This document shows positions 18,658 through 28,181 of a stretch of 64,000 bases of DNA, in pieces. The notes below the pieces were generated by a model that was given only the letters and a program-made list of their open reading frames with translations, ran no database searches and was not told where the DNA came from. The stretch's first letter is position 1. Every line of letters begins with the position of its first letter. The position numbers were made by a program, and so were the translations under genes. Origin of the DNA: an uncultured bacterium (GTDB taxonomy: Bacteria; Krumholzibacteriota; Krumholzibacteriia; LZORAL124-64-63); the NCBI GenBank assembly GCA_963727525.1, contig CAVSGO010000002.1, positions 1-64,000 on the forward strand, given 5' to 3'.

Positions 18658-20472
18658 TCAGCTCACCACGTTCCCGGGCGCGGGAGGATTCCTGAGGGTA
18701 TCCCAGGACGGCAGATCCTTCAGCTGGTTCGGATGGGTCTCCACCTTCAAGGCGCTGCGCCACTGCGCAACGAGGCCACGGAGCGCGGCTTCGCGGCGCT
18801 GGCGACGGATCTCCTGCCCGATCGTCTGCGACGCCTCGCCCTTCGTGAGCTGGTGCTGCGGTGTGATCGTGTCGAGCTGCACGACGGCCCAGGCGTTGCC
18901 CACCTGCACGGGATCGGACAGCGCACCCTGGCCTTCGAGAGCGAAGAGGATGGCGCCCAGCGGATGGACCGAGCCCGCAGGCACCTCGCCGATCACGCCC
19001 AGAGCTTCCTGGTTCTTCGGGTTCGTGCCGAACTTCCTGGTCACGGCCGCCCAGCTGCTTCCGTGGTGCAAGGCCTCCAGGGCCTGGTGCGCCGTGTCGC
19101 GATCCTGACAGTAGACCACATGACCGTTACGCGTCTCCGGATTGACCAGCCGGTCCGCGTTGATCGCGTAGAAGCTGTCGACCGCGGCCGGGGTGACCCG
19201 GTCTTCGACCTTCACCGACTCGTCCTGCAGGTGATTGACGAGCATGTCCTCGATCTCGCGCTCCACGTCGCGCCGTACATCGGCGCTTTCCATGTAGTGA
19301 TTGGCCTTCGCCTCCTGCGAGAGCAGCGCCATCGAGACGTCGAAGTCGAGCGATTGGCGCAGCATCCCGAGCGGCATGTCGCGCTTCGGGCGCTGCTGGC
19401 TGTCCTGATTGTCGAAACTGCTCTTGAAGTCGCTGATCAGATACGTGAACACCGAGCCGTCGGCTTTCTTGTAGTGGAACAGTTCGTCGGGCAGCTTGTC
19501 GCTCGGCACGTCGAGAGGCTTGAGCATGTTGCCGTCGATCGGCTGGTGGGTCTGGGGATCGAGTTTGGGCTCGTCCTTCGGCAAACCCTGATACACCGTC
19601 CAGAGCGCGGTCTCGTCCACCTGGTAGTCGTACTTGTCATACAGCTCGTCGAGGAACGCCTGCTTCGCGAGGTTGATCTTCTGATTGCGAATACCCTCGA
19701 GCGCCGCCGTACGGATCTCGTCGAGAGGTTGCACCTGGTCGGGCTTGGCGTCGTCGAAGCGGATGATCCAGTAGCCGTACTGGTTACGGAAGACGGGGCT
19801 TACCTCGCCCGGCTGTAAGCCGAAGATCTGGGCTTCGAAGGTGTCGTCGAGGTAGCCATAGCGAAACTTGTTGCGGTAGGTGTTGTGTCCCGACGACTTC
19901 GGGCCCGCTCCAAGATCGGTGGCCACGGCTGCCCAGTCCTCGCCTGCCAGCACGCGTTTGCGCGCATCTTCGGCGTCGTTCGAAAAATCGAACACCATGA
20001 CACGGCACACGCGCGCTTCCTGCAGTCGCTTGTAATAGGCATTCAGCTCTTCGTCGGATACGAAGTCGCCCTTGCTCTCGATATGGTCGCGGTACTGCGC
20101 CATGACGCCGTAATAGTCGGTGAAGCTCTTCTCTGCCTGCACGACGTCGGTGGCGTTGCGCAAGCCGAGCTGCTCGGCTCTGTTCACCATCACGGCGCGG
20201 TCGACCAGCTGGTCGAGAAACGCTTCCTTGCCGCTCTGCGTGGAGGTGTCCACCGGCTCGCCGGCAGCGTCCTTCGGCAGCCCGCCCTTCTCGGTGTGCA
20301 GGAGGCGGTTCTCGTAGTCGGCCGCCGTGATCGTGTGATTGCCGACCGTGGCCAGCACGGTGTCTTCGGCGGATTTCTTGCCGCATCCGGCGACCAGCAC
20401 CAGGGCGGCCACGGACGAGACGACGACGAACCGGGCCATGCCCGGTCGATGGTAAGCGGGAGGACGCTGCAT
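18658..20472 (-). CDS. Parvulin-type peptidyl-prolyl isomerase lipoprotein (PrsA/SurA-like, two rotamase domains)
   Basis: AAGGAG RBS before ATG 20472; lipobox LVAGC; VLATVGNHTIT; two domains ending GEVSPVF..YGYWII and GALSDPV..WAVV. Confidence 0.8.
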   Translation of the reverse strand: MQRPPAYHRPGMARFVVVSSVAALVLVAGCGKKSAEDTVLATVGNHTITAADYENRLLHTEKGGLPKDAAGEPVDTSTQSGKEAFLDQLVDRAVMVNRAEQLGLRNATDVVQAEKSFTDYYGVMAQYRDHIESKGDFVSDEELNAYYKRLQEARVCRVMVFDFSNDAEDARKRVLAGEDWAAVATDLGAGPKSSGHNTYRNKFRYGYLDDTFEAQIFGLQPGEVSPVFRNQYGYWIIRFDDAKPDQVQPLDEIRTAALEGIRNQKINLAKQAFLDELYDKYDYQVDETALWTVYQGLPKDEPKLDPQTHQPIDGNMLKPLDVPSDKLPDELFHYKKADGSVFTYLISDFKSSFDNQDSQQRPKRDMPLGMLRQSLDFDVSMALLSQEAKANHYMESADVRRDVEREIEDMLVNHLQDESVKVEDRVTPAAVDSFYAINADRLVNPETRNGHVVYCQDRDTAHQALEALHHGSSWAAVTRKFGTNPKNQEALGVIGEVPAGSVHPLGAILFALEGQGALSDPVQVGNAWAVVQLDTITPQHQLTKGEASQTIGQEIRRQRREAALRGLVAQWRSALKVETHPNQLKDLPSWDTLRNPPAPGNVVS

Positions 20473-20641
20473 CGAGACCGACTCCTTGGACAGACAGGAC
20501 GATGAGGGTGACGGGGCAACGCGCCCCGGGCCCAACATGCTAAGGTACGGGCTGATCACACGCCGAGCCAGCGCGATCAAAACGATCGGGACCGGCCCGC
20601 TGGGCCGCACTGATGGCGTGGTCTGAGGAACGTCCACGTTT

Positions 20642-20929
20642 TCAGGGAGTTCCCACCGAGGTCTCCGCCTCGTCGTCCTCGGCCACGCGCTCCAGAGAGA
20701 TCACGCACTTGGTCATCAGCGCCGCGAGGGCCCCGACCGCGGCCAGCACCGGAGCCACGACCACCCCCACCAGTCCGATCGTGAGCGGAATCTCGATCAG
20801 AGCATGTCCCTGCTCGTTCTTGATCGTGATCCGCCGGATGTTGCCCGCATGGAGCAGTTCCTTGATCTTCGCCACGAGCTTGTCGCCGTGAATCTCGAAT
20901 TCCTCGGTGTAGACGCGTTTGGCACCCAT
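20642..20929 (-). CDS. DUF4342 domain-containing protein
   Basis: EEFEIHGDKLVAKIKELLHAGNIRRITIK...EIPLTIG...APVLAAVGALAAL...C.I..ER; AAAGGAG RBS. Confidence 0.9.
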   Translation of the reverse strand: MGAKRVYTEEFEIHGDKLVAKIKELLHAGNIRRITIKNEQGHALIEIPLTIGLVGVVVAPVLAAVGALAALMTKCVISLERVAEDDEAETSVGTP

Positions 20930-20964
20930 TCCTGGTCTCCTTTGGCTTGCCGGTATCTCTCTTG

Positions 20965-21144
20965 GCCCACCTTATACATGCTATCGCGTAGCGAGGCGAG
21001 TGGAACGGTCTCTGTGAGCGGGATCTCGCAGGGTTTGTGAGGGAGCCGTACCCGCCGGGGTACGGTGACCGCAGCAAACCCGAGAAAGCCCGCTCACAGA
21101 GACCGTGACGCCGCCGCAGTAGCGATAGCATGAATAAGGTGGGC
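20965..21144. repeat. 180-nt imperfect palindrome (rod-like hairpin)
   Basis: GCCCACCTTAT-A-CATGCTATCGC pairs with 21122-21144; perfect 18-bp ACGGTCTCTGTGAGCGGG (21005-21022) with 21089-21106; GGGTTTG/CAAACCC; apical CCGTACCC-GCCG-GGGTACGG. Confidence 0.85.
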
Positions 21145-21272
21145 TTAGACAGTACCACGGTCGACGATCAGGACAATCCCCCGTGCCGCGCATCGGTATT
21201 GAAATCAACACTCGAATAGTATAGAATTTGCATTTTCGAACCGCATCGAGAACCCTATCCTGGAGGAATCCC

Positions 21273-23444
21273 ATGATACCGCGAATCTGTGGAGACACCG
21301 CCAGTCTGGTCGTTGCGACAATGGTCGTCGTCGCTGCGACGGCCCTTGCCCAGGACGCGGACTGGATGCCGAGCAATGGGCCCTGGGGTGGCCAGATCGT
21401 CGCCCTGGCCGTGGCTCCAGACACGGGAGTCCTCTACGCGGCCAAGAGCCAGTACCTCGCCATGTCGTCCGATGGGGGCCAGACGTGGACCCAGGTGCCC
21501 GGCAGCGCCGGCATCGCGAACATCCTTTCCCTCGCCGCGGGTCCCGGCGGGCGGCTCATGGTGGGCGTGTCCACCCGCGGGGTGTGGTGGTCGCAGAACG
21601 GCGGCACGAGCTGGGATCAGGACCAGATCACGCACGACCCCCATGGCGGGCTCGGTGCGAGCGTGATCGCCGTGGCAGTGACCCCCGCGCTGAACATGTT
21701 CGCCATGCACTGGCGATCGGTGAACGGGGGCGCCAACTGGCTCGAGATGTCCATCACCGCCATGGCATTCGTCTTTCTGAGCGACGGCACGGCCGTGGCC
21801 GGCACATACGATAGCGTCGCGATCTCCACCAACGAGGGCGCGAGCTGGCAGCCCGCCGCCGCCGGCATCGACAGCCTGCGCATCGAGCACCTGGCCGTCA
21901 CGCCGGACGACGTGATCTTCGCCGGATCCTCCGTCGCTGGTCTCTACCGCTCCCCCGACCGTGGCGTCACCTGGACGCCCGTGCACGGCGGCATCGGCAC
22001 GACGGCGATCTCCGCCGTCGCCTGCGACGCGGCGGGGAGAGTCTATGCCGGTACCGTCGACGGTGGCATCTTCCTCAGCCTCGACGGCGGCGACACGTGG
22101 GCGCCGGTGGCCGGCGCTCTCCCCGATCCGCGCGTGCGGTGCCTCGCCATGGCGCCGGGCGACCGCGTCCTGGCCGGATTCGTCGCCAGCGGTGTCGCTG
22201 CGAGCGACGATCAGGGTGCGAACTGGAGCGATGTGAATGCGGGTCTGCCGGTATTCTGGCCGCGCGCGGCCGTATCCACCGCCGCAGACGCGACGTTGCT
22301 CGGGACGGCGAGCGCGGGCGTCTTCCGCTCCGACGACGGGGCCGCCACCTGGGGCCAGACCATCGCCGGTCTCGCGGTCCTTTCCGTCACCGACCTCGCC
22401 CGCTCACCCGACGGCACGATCGTGGCCGGCGGCTACGGCGGCGTGGACCTGTCGCACGACGGCGGCGCCACCTGGGCGCCGACGGAACTCACGGGGACAT
22501 ATCTGCACGTGGGCGGCGTGGCCGCGGATCCGGCCGGTCGCATATTCGCCTGGGTCGAGTCCTCGCCAACGCTGGTCTATCGGTCTGTCGACGGCGGTTT
22601 TACCTGGCAACCGGCTTACGTTGTCGCCGACCTCCCGATCGGCGGGTTCTTCGACGACCTCGCGACGGCGCCCGACGGCCGCCTGTACCTGGGCGGCTTC
22701 TCCTTCTTCGTCGAGGGCCTGCTCCTCACCTCGGGTGACGGCGGCGACACCTGGGACGTGCGCGATGTCCCCGCGGTCAGCGAGCTGGCGTACCTGGCCA
22801 CGCAGTCCGACGGCACGCTTGTCGCGGCCTCGGACCAGGGCGACCTCCTGCAGACCACCGATACCGGCGTCTCGTGGACGCCACTTGCCGCCGGGCCCTG
22901 GGCCAGCAACGTGACGGCCCTCGTGTGCGCGCCCGACGACGCGATCCTCGTGGGGACGGGCACCGAAGGCGTGTTCCGCTCGGCCGATGACGGTCAAACC
23001 TGGCAGCCCTACCGTACGGGATTGCCCAATACCGATTCGCTCTACCCGCAGATCACCATGTTGGGTGTGGCGGACGGCGCCCTGCTCGCCGGCACGCTTC
23101 CGGGCGGCCTGTACCACACGGCCTACGAGACGGCGACGGCGGCACCCGACGCACCCGCGGTGCCGGCCCCGATCGCTCTCGCGCAGAATCGCCCCAACCC
23201 ATTCAATCCGCGCACGACAATCACATTCTCGCTCGCGCAGGCGGGCCCGGCTCACATCGCGCTCTTCGACGTCCGGGGCCGACGCGTCCGCGTGCTCGTC
23301 GACGGGCCCATCGCCGCCGGCCGGCACAATGTCGAATGGGATGGCCGTGACGATCAGGGGCATGCCATGCCCTCGGGCGTGTATCTTTGCCGCCTGCAGG
23401 CGGCCAACCACGAGGCCAGGACGCGGATGCTGCTCGCACGGTAA
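21273..23444 (+). CDS. Secreted BNR/Asp-box beta-propeller protein with C-terminal FlgD-Ig (T9SS-CTD-like) domain
   Basis: GGAGG RBS; signal peptide; many SxDGGxTW repeats; LAQNRPNPFNPRTTITF...WDGRDDQG..MPSGVYLCRL...MLLAR. Confidence 0.88.
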   Translation: MIPRICGDTASLVVATMVVVAATALAQDADWMPSNGPWGGQIVALAVAPDTGVLYAAKSQYLAMSSDGGQTWTQVPGSAGIANILSLAAGPGGRLMVGVSTRGVWWSQNGGTSWDQDQITHDPHGGLGASVIAVAVTPALNMFAMHWRSVNGGANWLEMSITAMAFVFLSDGTAVAGTYDSVAISTNEGASWQPAAAGIDSLRIEHLAVTPDDVIFAGSSVAGLYRSPDRGVTWTPVHGGIGTTAISAVACDAAGRVYAGTVDGGIFLSLDGGDTWAPVAGALPDPRVRCLAMAPGDRVLAGFVASGVAASDDQGANWSDVNAGLPVFWPRAAVSTAADATLLGTASAGVFRSDDGAATWGQTIAGLAVLSVTDLARSPDGTIVAGGYGGVDLSHDGGATWAPTELTGTYLHVGGVAADPAGRIFAWVESSPTLVYRSVDGGFTWQPAYVVADLPIGGFFDDLATAPDGRLYLGGFSFFVEGLLLTSGDGGDTWDVRDVPAVSELAYLATQSDGTLVAASDQGDLLQTTDTGVSWTPLAAGPWASNVTALVCAPDDAILVGTGTEGVFRSADDGQTWQPYRTGLPNTDSLYPQITMLGVADGALLAGTLPGGLYHTAYETATAAPDAPAVPAPIALAQNRPNPFNPRTTITFSLAQAGPAHIALFDVRGRRVRVLVDGPIAAGRHNVEWDGRDDQGHAMPSGVYLCRLQAANHEARTRMLLAR

Positions 23445-23484
23445 GACATCGAGTCCAGACGCCTGAGGTCCGCCGAACGGCGTG

Positions 23485-23868
23485 TCAGCGCGTCCGGACG
23501 CCGCGCGTGCTGGGGATGGGTGTCCGCGTGTCCGTGGACCGCGTTTCGGTCCTGGGCACCGCGGTGCCCCGCGCATCTCCCCCGCCCGTATTCACGTTCG
23601 TGCTCGTCCGCGGATCGGGCGTCTTCGTGGCCGTCATCGCGGATTCCTCGACCTTGGGCACGGGCATGAACCGCGGTTGCGCGGCCTCGGCCGGGCGGGT
23701 GACGATCTCCTGGTCATGGTGCTCGTGGTGCTCGTACGGACCCGACACCGGGATGTACACCGGGACGTAGACGACCTGCTCCGCACTCCCCATCGACGCG
23801 CAGCCACCGACCGAGACCGCGACCCCGACGAGGAGGGCCAGGGGGAGAATGAGGGTCAGGCGACGCAT
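23485..23868 (-). CDS. Small putative lipoprotein
   Basis: AAAGGAG RBS; MRRLTLILPLALLVGVAVSVGGC lipobox; Pro/Thr-rich tail. Confidence 0.6.
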   Translation of the reverse strand: MRRLTLILPLALLVGVAVSVGGCASMGSAEQVVYVPVYIPVSGPYEHHEHHDQEIVTRPAEAAQPRFMPVPKVEESAMTATKTPDPRTSTNVNTGGGDARGTAVPRTETRSTDTRTPIPSTRGVRTR

Positions 23869-23989
23869 GAAGGTGCTCCTTTGGGCGGGGGAACGTGTCA
23901 CGGTCACCGAACGCCCGGGTGTGGTCGAACCAGCGGATGGAAAGTCCCGCGCACCCGGGGCCAGCGGGGCCGGCGAGGAAATTGGCGCA

Positions 23990-24120
23990 TGGTATAACCA
24001 TATTGTGCTCTTATATAAAGATTTATATGATTGTCTATCATATACTAAACCCCGGGAACACCTTATATGAACCGTACCCAATCTTCTTGCAGTACAATTT
24101 TTCTAGGTTTTGTATACTGT
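23990..24120. promoter_or_regulatory. AT-rich divergent promoter region
   Basis: Strongly AT-rich island between divergent genes, with several TATAAT-like hexamers (TATAAC, TACAAT, TATACT). Confidence 0.45.
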
Positions 24121-24187
24121 TCATGACCGCCGCGGCGCCCACCGACGTCGCCTTGACCCGCCTAGCCCCGCCCTGAGGTTATCTGCC

Positions 24188-27100
24188 ATGCGCCATCCCG
24201 TCCGTCTCGTCGTGCTGGCCGTCGCCGGCGTCTGTGCCCTCGTCCTCACCACCACCGGACTGCGCGACCACGCGAGGTCCTCGAATCGCTTTCTGCAAGA
24301 GGCCGCGCGCCTCGAGCGCTGGCACGCGCATGCGCGCCCGGGGTCGGCCCGTGCGTTCGCCATCGAGGAGAAGCTCGAGCGGATCGAGGAGCGCCGGGAG
24401 GGAAAGCCGGCTTTCGACGAGCCGGATCAGTTCGCGCGCATCCTGAACGAGATGCGCATCCCGGCCGACCGCACGGAACCGGAGTACACGGCGGGCTACC
24501 GGGTGCGCGAGCTTCGTGCGGCGCGTGCGGCCAAAGGGGCGGCGGCCAGCCCACTCGCCTGGCAGCAACGCGGTCCCGGCAACGTCGCGGGCCGCGCGCG
24601 GGCCATCGTCGTGGATCCCGACGACGCCACGAACAGCACCTGGTACATCGGCACGGCGGGCGGCGGTGTCTGGAAGACCACCGACAGCGGCGCCACGTGG
24701 AGCGCCCTCACCGACGACTTCCCCGTGCTGTCGGTGCAGTCGCTCGCGATGGCGGCGAGCGATCACGACGTGATGTACGCGGGCACGGGCGAGAGCTACT
24801 ACAACGTCGACACCATCAACGGGAACGGGATCCTCAAGACCACCGACCGTGGCGCGTCCTGGACTCACCTCGCCGCCACCGTCGACGATCCCACGTTCAA
24901 CAACGTGGCGCGCATCGTCGTCGACCCCGCGGATCCCGATGTCGTGCTGGCGGCCACCACCGTGGGCCGATACAAGGAGTCGGTGCAACCGCGGTCGAGC
25001 ATCGTCCGATCCACCGATGGCGGCAACACGTGGGTCGAGGTGATGGCAGTCACCGATGTCGGCAGCTTCGGTCGCGTGAAGAAGATCCAGCAGGTCATCG
25101 CCGACCCCACCGACTTCGACGTGCTCTACGCCACCGTCGACGAGGCCGGTATCCTGAAGTCGACCAACGCGGGCGTCACCTGGCAGTACGTGAACACCGG
25201 CATCACCGACTTCAGCGGCCGCTTCGAGCTGGCCATCTCGCCGGTCGACCATCTGCGCCTCTACGCCGCGGCCGAGGGCTCGTCGCACGCCGAGTTGTGG
25301 ATCTCGAGCGACGGGGGCGCCACGTGGGCACGCACCTTCGAGGCGGGCAGCGAGCCGGACTGGCTCGGCGGTCAGGGCTGGTACGACAACACCATCGTCT
25401 GCCACCCCACCGACCCGAACGTGGTGTTCGTGGGCGGCGTGCAGCTGTGGCAGATCGACCTCAGCGGCACGACGCGCACCTCGAGCCAGCTCGGCCAGGG
25501 GCCCGTCCACGTGGACGAGCACGGGCTCGTGGTGCTGGACGATGGCTTCGGCGCCTGGCGCCTGCTGAACACGAACGACGGCGGCGTGGGCGTGTCGAGC
25601 AACGGAGCGAGCGGCTGGACGGCGCCCATCGACGGCATGGTGACCACGCAGTTCTACGGCGTCGACAAGCGGCCCGGCCGCAGCGCGTACTTCGGTGGCA
25701 TGCAGGACAACGGCACCTGGTTCTCGGAACCCGACCCGTCAGCTCTCGATCCGTGGTCGTTCGCGATCGGCGGCGACGGCTACGAGACGTCGTGGCACTT
25801 CGACGACCCGCTCAAGATGATCGGTGGCTACCAGTACAATGGGCTGCAGCGCTCGCTCGACGGTGGCCAGACCTGGGACTACGCCGCGGCCGGCCTCGGC
25901 GACACGGGCGGCGGCCACGCGCCTTTCATCACGAAGATCGCCAAGAGCCAGCTAGCCCCCGACCTGCTCTTCACCGTGGGCGAGAGCGGCGTGTGGCGAT
26001 CGACGAACTTCGGGGGCTCCTGGTCGCTCTCGGCGATCCCGTACAGCGAGTGGGGCGACATCAGCAGCTTCCACGACGTCAAGATCTCGCGCGCCAATCC
26101 GGACATCGTATGGGCCGGCGGGCGCATGGACGACACCGGGATGATCCAGGTGTCGACGAACGGTGGTATCACCTTCGATCCAGTGTCCAACTACACCGCC
26201 GTCACCATGGGCGGCATCTCCGGCCTGGCCACCGACCCTGTCGACCCGAACACGGCGTACGTGCTCTTCGGCTTCGCCGAGCGACCCAAGATCCTGCGTA
26301 CCACCGACCTGGGCGGTACCTGGACCGACATCACCGGCTACGACGGCAGCGGCCCGAGCAGCAACGGCTTCCCGGATGTGGCGGTGTACGACCTCGAGGT
26401 CTTCTCCGACGATCCGAACCACCTGTGGGCCGGCACGGAGATCGGTCTGGTGGAGTCGCTCGACGGCGGGGCGACCTGGGCGCTCGCCGAGAACGGCCTG
26501 CCCGACGTGGGCGTGTGGTCCATGGCCGAGGTCGAGGACGAGATCGTCATCGGCACCCACGGACGCGGTATCTGGAGCGTGAGCATGCCGTCGCTGATCG
26601 TGGGCAAGACGTTCCGGCCCTTGATCGACGGGCTCTCCCAGGGACCCGACGGGTTGTTGAACATCGCCGGGACCCTGCGCTCGGCCTACGATTCGACGCA
26701 GGTCTACGTCAACGGCGGCGTGCAGACCACGTTGCCCGGAAACTCCGAGCCGCAGCAGGTGCTCGTGCAGCTCCCCGTCGTGAGCCCGGGGATGCGGTCG
26801 GTCTTCCTGTCGGCGTACCGCGACGGCGTCGCGCACAACTCGGTGGCGCGCTCGGTGGACGTGATCGTATTGCAGGAGCCGGTGTACGAGTACGCCAATG
26901 ACTTCGCTTCCGCCGGCGATTTCACGGGCAACGGCTTCAGCATCACCACGCCCGCCGGCTTCAGCAATCCCGCCATCCATTCCCAGCACAGCTATCCCGA
27001 CAACGCAAGCTTCACGTACATGCTCACCGTCCCCATCCGCGTGACGCCGCAGAACGCGACCATGGCGTTCGACGAGGTCGTGCTCGTGGAGCCGGGCGAG

Positions 27101-27709
27101 GACGGCAGCGTGTACGGCGACTACAACTTCTGGGACTACGTGGTCGTGGAGGGCACCAGCGACGGTCAGCACTGGGTGCCCCTGGACGGCGGCTACGATT
27201 CTCGTGCCGACGCGGACTGGCTGGCCGCCTGGAACGCGCACCAGTCGGGCACGGCCTCGCTCTACCGTCCGCACACGATCGACCTGCACGACACCTTCGC
27301 CACGGGCGACACCATCCTCCTGCGCTTCCGCCTCTTCTCCGACGGCAGCGTGCACGGCTGGGGCTGGGCCATCGACAACCTCGACATCCAGCCGGGCGGC
27401 GCGGTGGCGGTGAACGACGTGACGCCATCGCGCGATGTCGCGCTCGCGCAGAACGCGCCGAACCCCTTCAACCCGTCCACGACGATCCGCTATGACCTGC
27501 CGCGCGCCGCCGACGTGACTCTGCGCATCTACGACGTGGGCGGTCGCCTGGTACGCACGCTCGTGCAGGCGAGCCAGGCCGCGGGACCGCACGCCGTGGA
27601 ATGGAATGGCCGCGACGACCGCGGCGCCGGCGCCGCCAGCGGCGTGTACCTGTATCGGCTCGCGGCCGACGGCGCGACGCAGCAGCGGAGCATGACACTG
27701 GTGAGGTGA
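24188..27709 (+). CDS. Large secreted BNR/VPS10-type beta-propeller (glycosyl hydrolase-like) protein with C-terminal FlgD-Ig domain
   Basis: WQQRGPGNVAGRARAI, GGVWKTTD, GGQGWYD, HVDEH, NDGG, GGMQDNGT, GTHGRGIW; C-terminal LAQNAPNPFNPSTTIRY...WNGRDD.G..AASGVYLYRL. Confidence 0.88.
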   Translation: MRHPVRLVVLAVAGVCALVLTTTGLRDHARSSNRFLQEAARLERWHAHARPGSARAFAIEEKLERIEERREGKPAFDEPDQFARILNEMRIPADRTEPEYTAGYRVRELRAARAAKGAAASPLAWQQRGPGNVAGRARAIVVDPDDATNSTWYIGTAGGGVWKTTDSGATWSALTDDFPVLSVQSLAMAASDHDVMYAGTGESYYNVDTINGNGILKTTDRGASWTHLAATVDDPTFNNVARIVVDPADPDVVLAATTVGRYKESVQPRSSIVRSTDGGNTWVEVMAVTDVGSFGRVKKIQQVIADPTDFDVLYATVDEAGILKSTNAGVTWQYVNTGITDFSGRFELAISPVDHLRLYAAAEGSSHAELWISSDGGATWARTFEAGSEPDWLGGQGWYDNTIVCHPTDPNVVFVGGVQLWQIDLSGTTRTSSQLGQGPVHVDEHGLVVLDDGFGAWRLLNTNDGGVGVSSNGASGWTAPIDGMVTTQFYGVDKRPGRSAYFGGMQDNGTWFSEPDPSALDPWSFAIGGDGYETSWHFDDPLKMIGGYQYNGLQRSLDGGQTWDYAAAGLGDTGGGHAPFITKIAKSQLAPDLLFTVGESGVWRSTNFGGSWSLSAIPYSEWGDISSFHDVKISRANPDIVWAGGRMDDTGMIQVSTNGGITFDPVSNYTAVTMGGISGLATDPVDPNTAYVLFGFAERPKILRTTDLGGTWTDITGYDGSGPSSNGFPDVAVYDLEVFSDDPNHLWAGTEIGLVESLDGGATWALAENGLPDVGVWSMAEVEDEIVIGTHGRGIWSVSMPSLIVGKTFRPLIDGLSQGPDGLLNIAGTLRSAYDSTQVYVNGGVQTTLPGNSEPQQVLVQLPVVSPGMRSVFLSAYRDGVAHNSVARSVDVIVLQEPVYEYANDFASAGDFTGNGFSITTPAGFSNPAIHSQHSYPDNASFTYMLTVPIRVTPQNATMAFDEVVLVEPGEDGSVYGDYNFWDYVVVEGTSDGQHWVPLDGGYDSRADADWLAAWNAHQSGTASLYRPHTIDLHDTFATGDTILLRFRLFSDGSVHGWGWAIDNLDIQPGGAVAVNDVTPSRDVALAQNAPNPFNPSTTIRYDLPRAADVTLRIYDVGGRLVRTLVQASQAAGPHAVEWNGRDDRGAGAASGVYLYRLAADGATQQRSMTLVR

Positions 27710-27712
27710 AAG

Positions 27713-28148
27713 CTACTCCTGCGGCACCACGACCAGGATCTTCGGCGGCGCATAGCCGCCCTGGATAGGGACGTCGACGCTGATCTCGGCGTCGCCGGTC
27801 AGGTTCAAAGTGATGGTGGAGACGTAGCTGGTGACGGTGTACGGGGCTTCCGGATTGCCGGTCTTGTCGAGTCCGTAAGCCTCCAGCTGCATGAGCTGGG
27901 ATAGGCATCCAGACCGATGAGGGGCAGGGTCAGGGTGACCTCCCGCTCGTCTGGCCCGCGATCGCCATGTCGAAGACGATCGCCTCCATCGCCGTCAGGG
28001 CCTGCAGGTTCGTGCTGTCGGGAACGCCGATCGCGATCTCCACATTCTCGCCTATCCGGTTCTGACCACCGGGCACAGTGAGCGCCACCGTGCGCCCTGG
28101 CCATGTCTGCAGGGACAGCGCGAACCGAGACTGGGAAACACCAGGCAT
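27713..28148 (-). pseudogene. Frameshifted remnant of a beta-rich protein
   Basis: Three consecutive frames with host-like codon use join into ...AIVFDMAIAG/PDEREVTLTLPLIGLDAYP/QLMQLEAYGLDKTGN...ILVVVPQE*. Confidence 0.35.
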
Positions 28149-28181
28149 TCGCGGTAGAATCGCAGGTCGAAGGAGGCTGAC

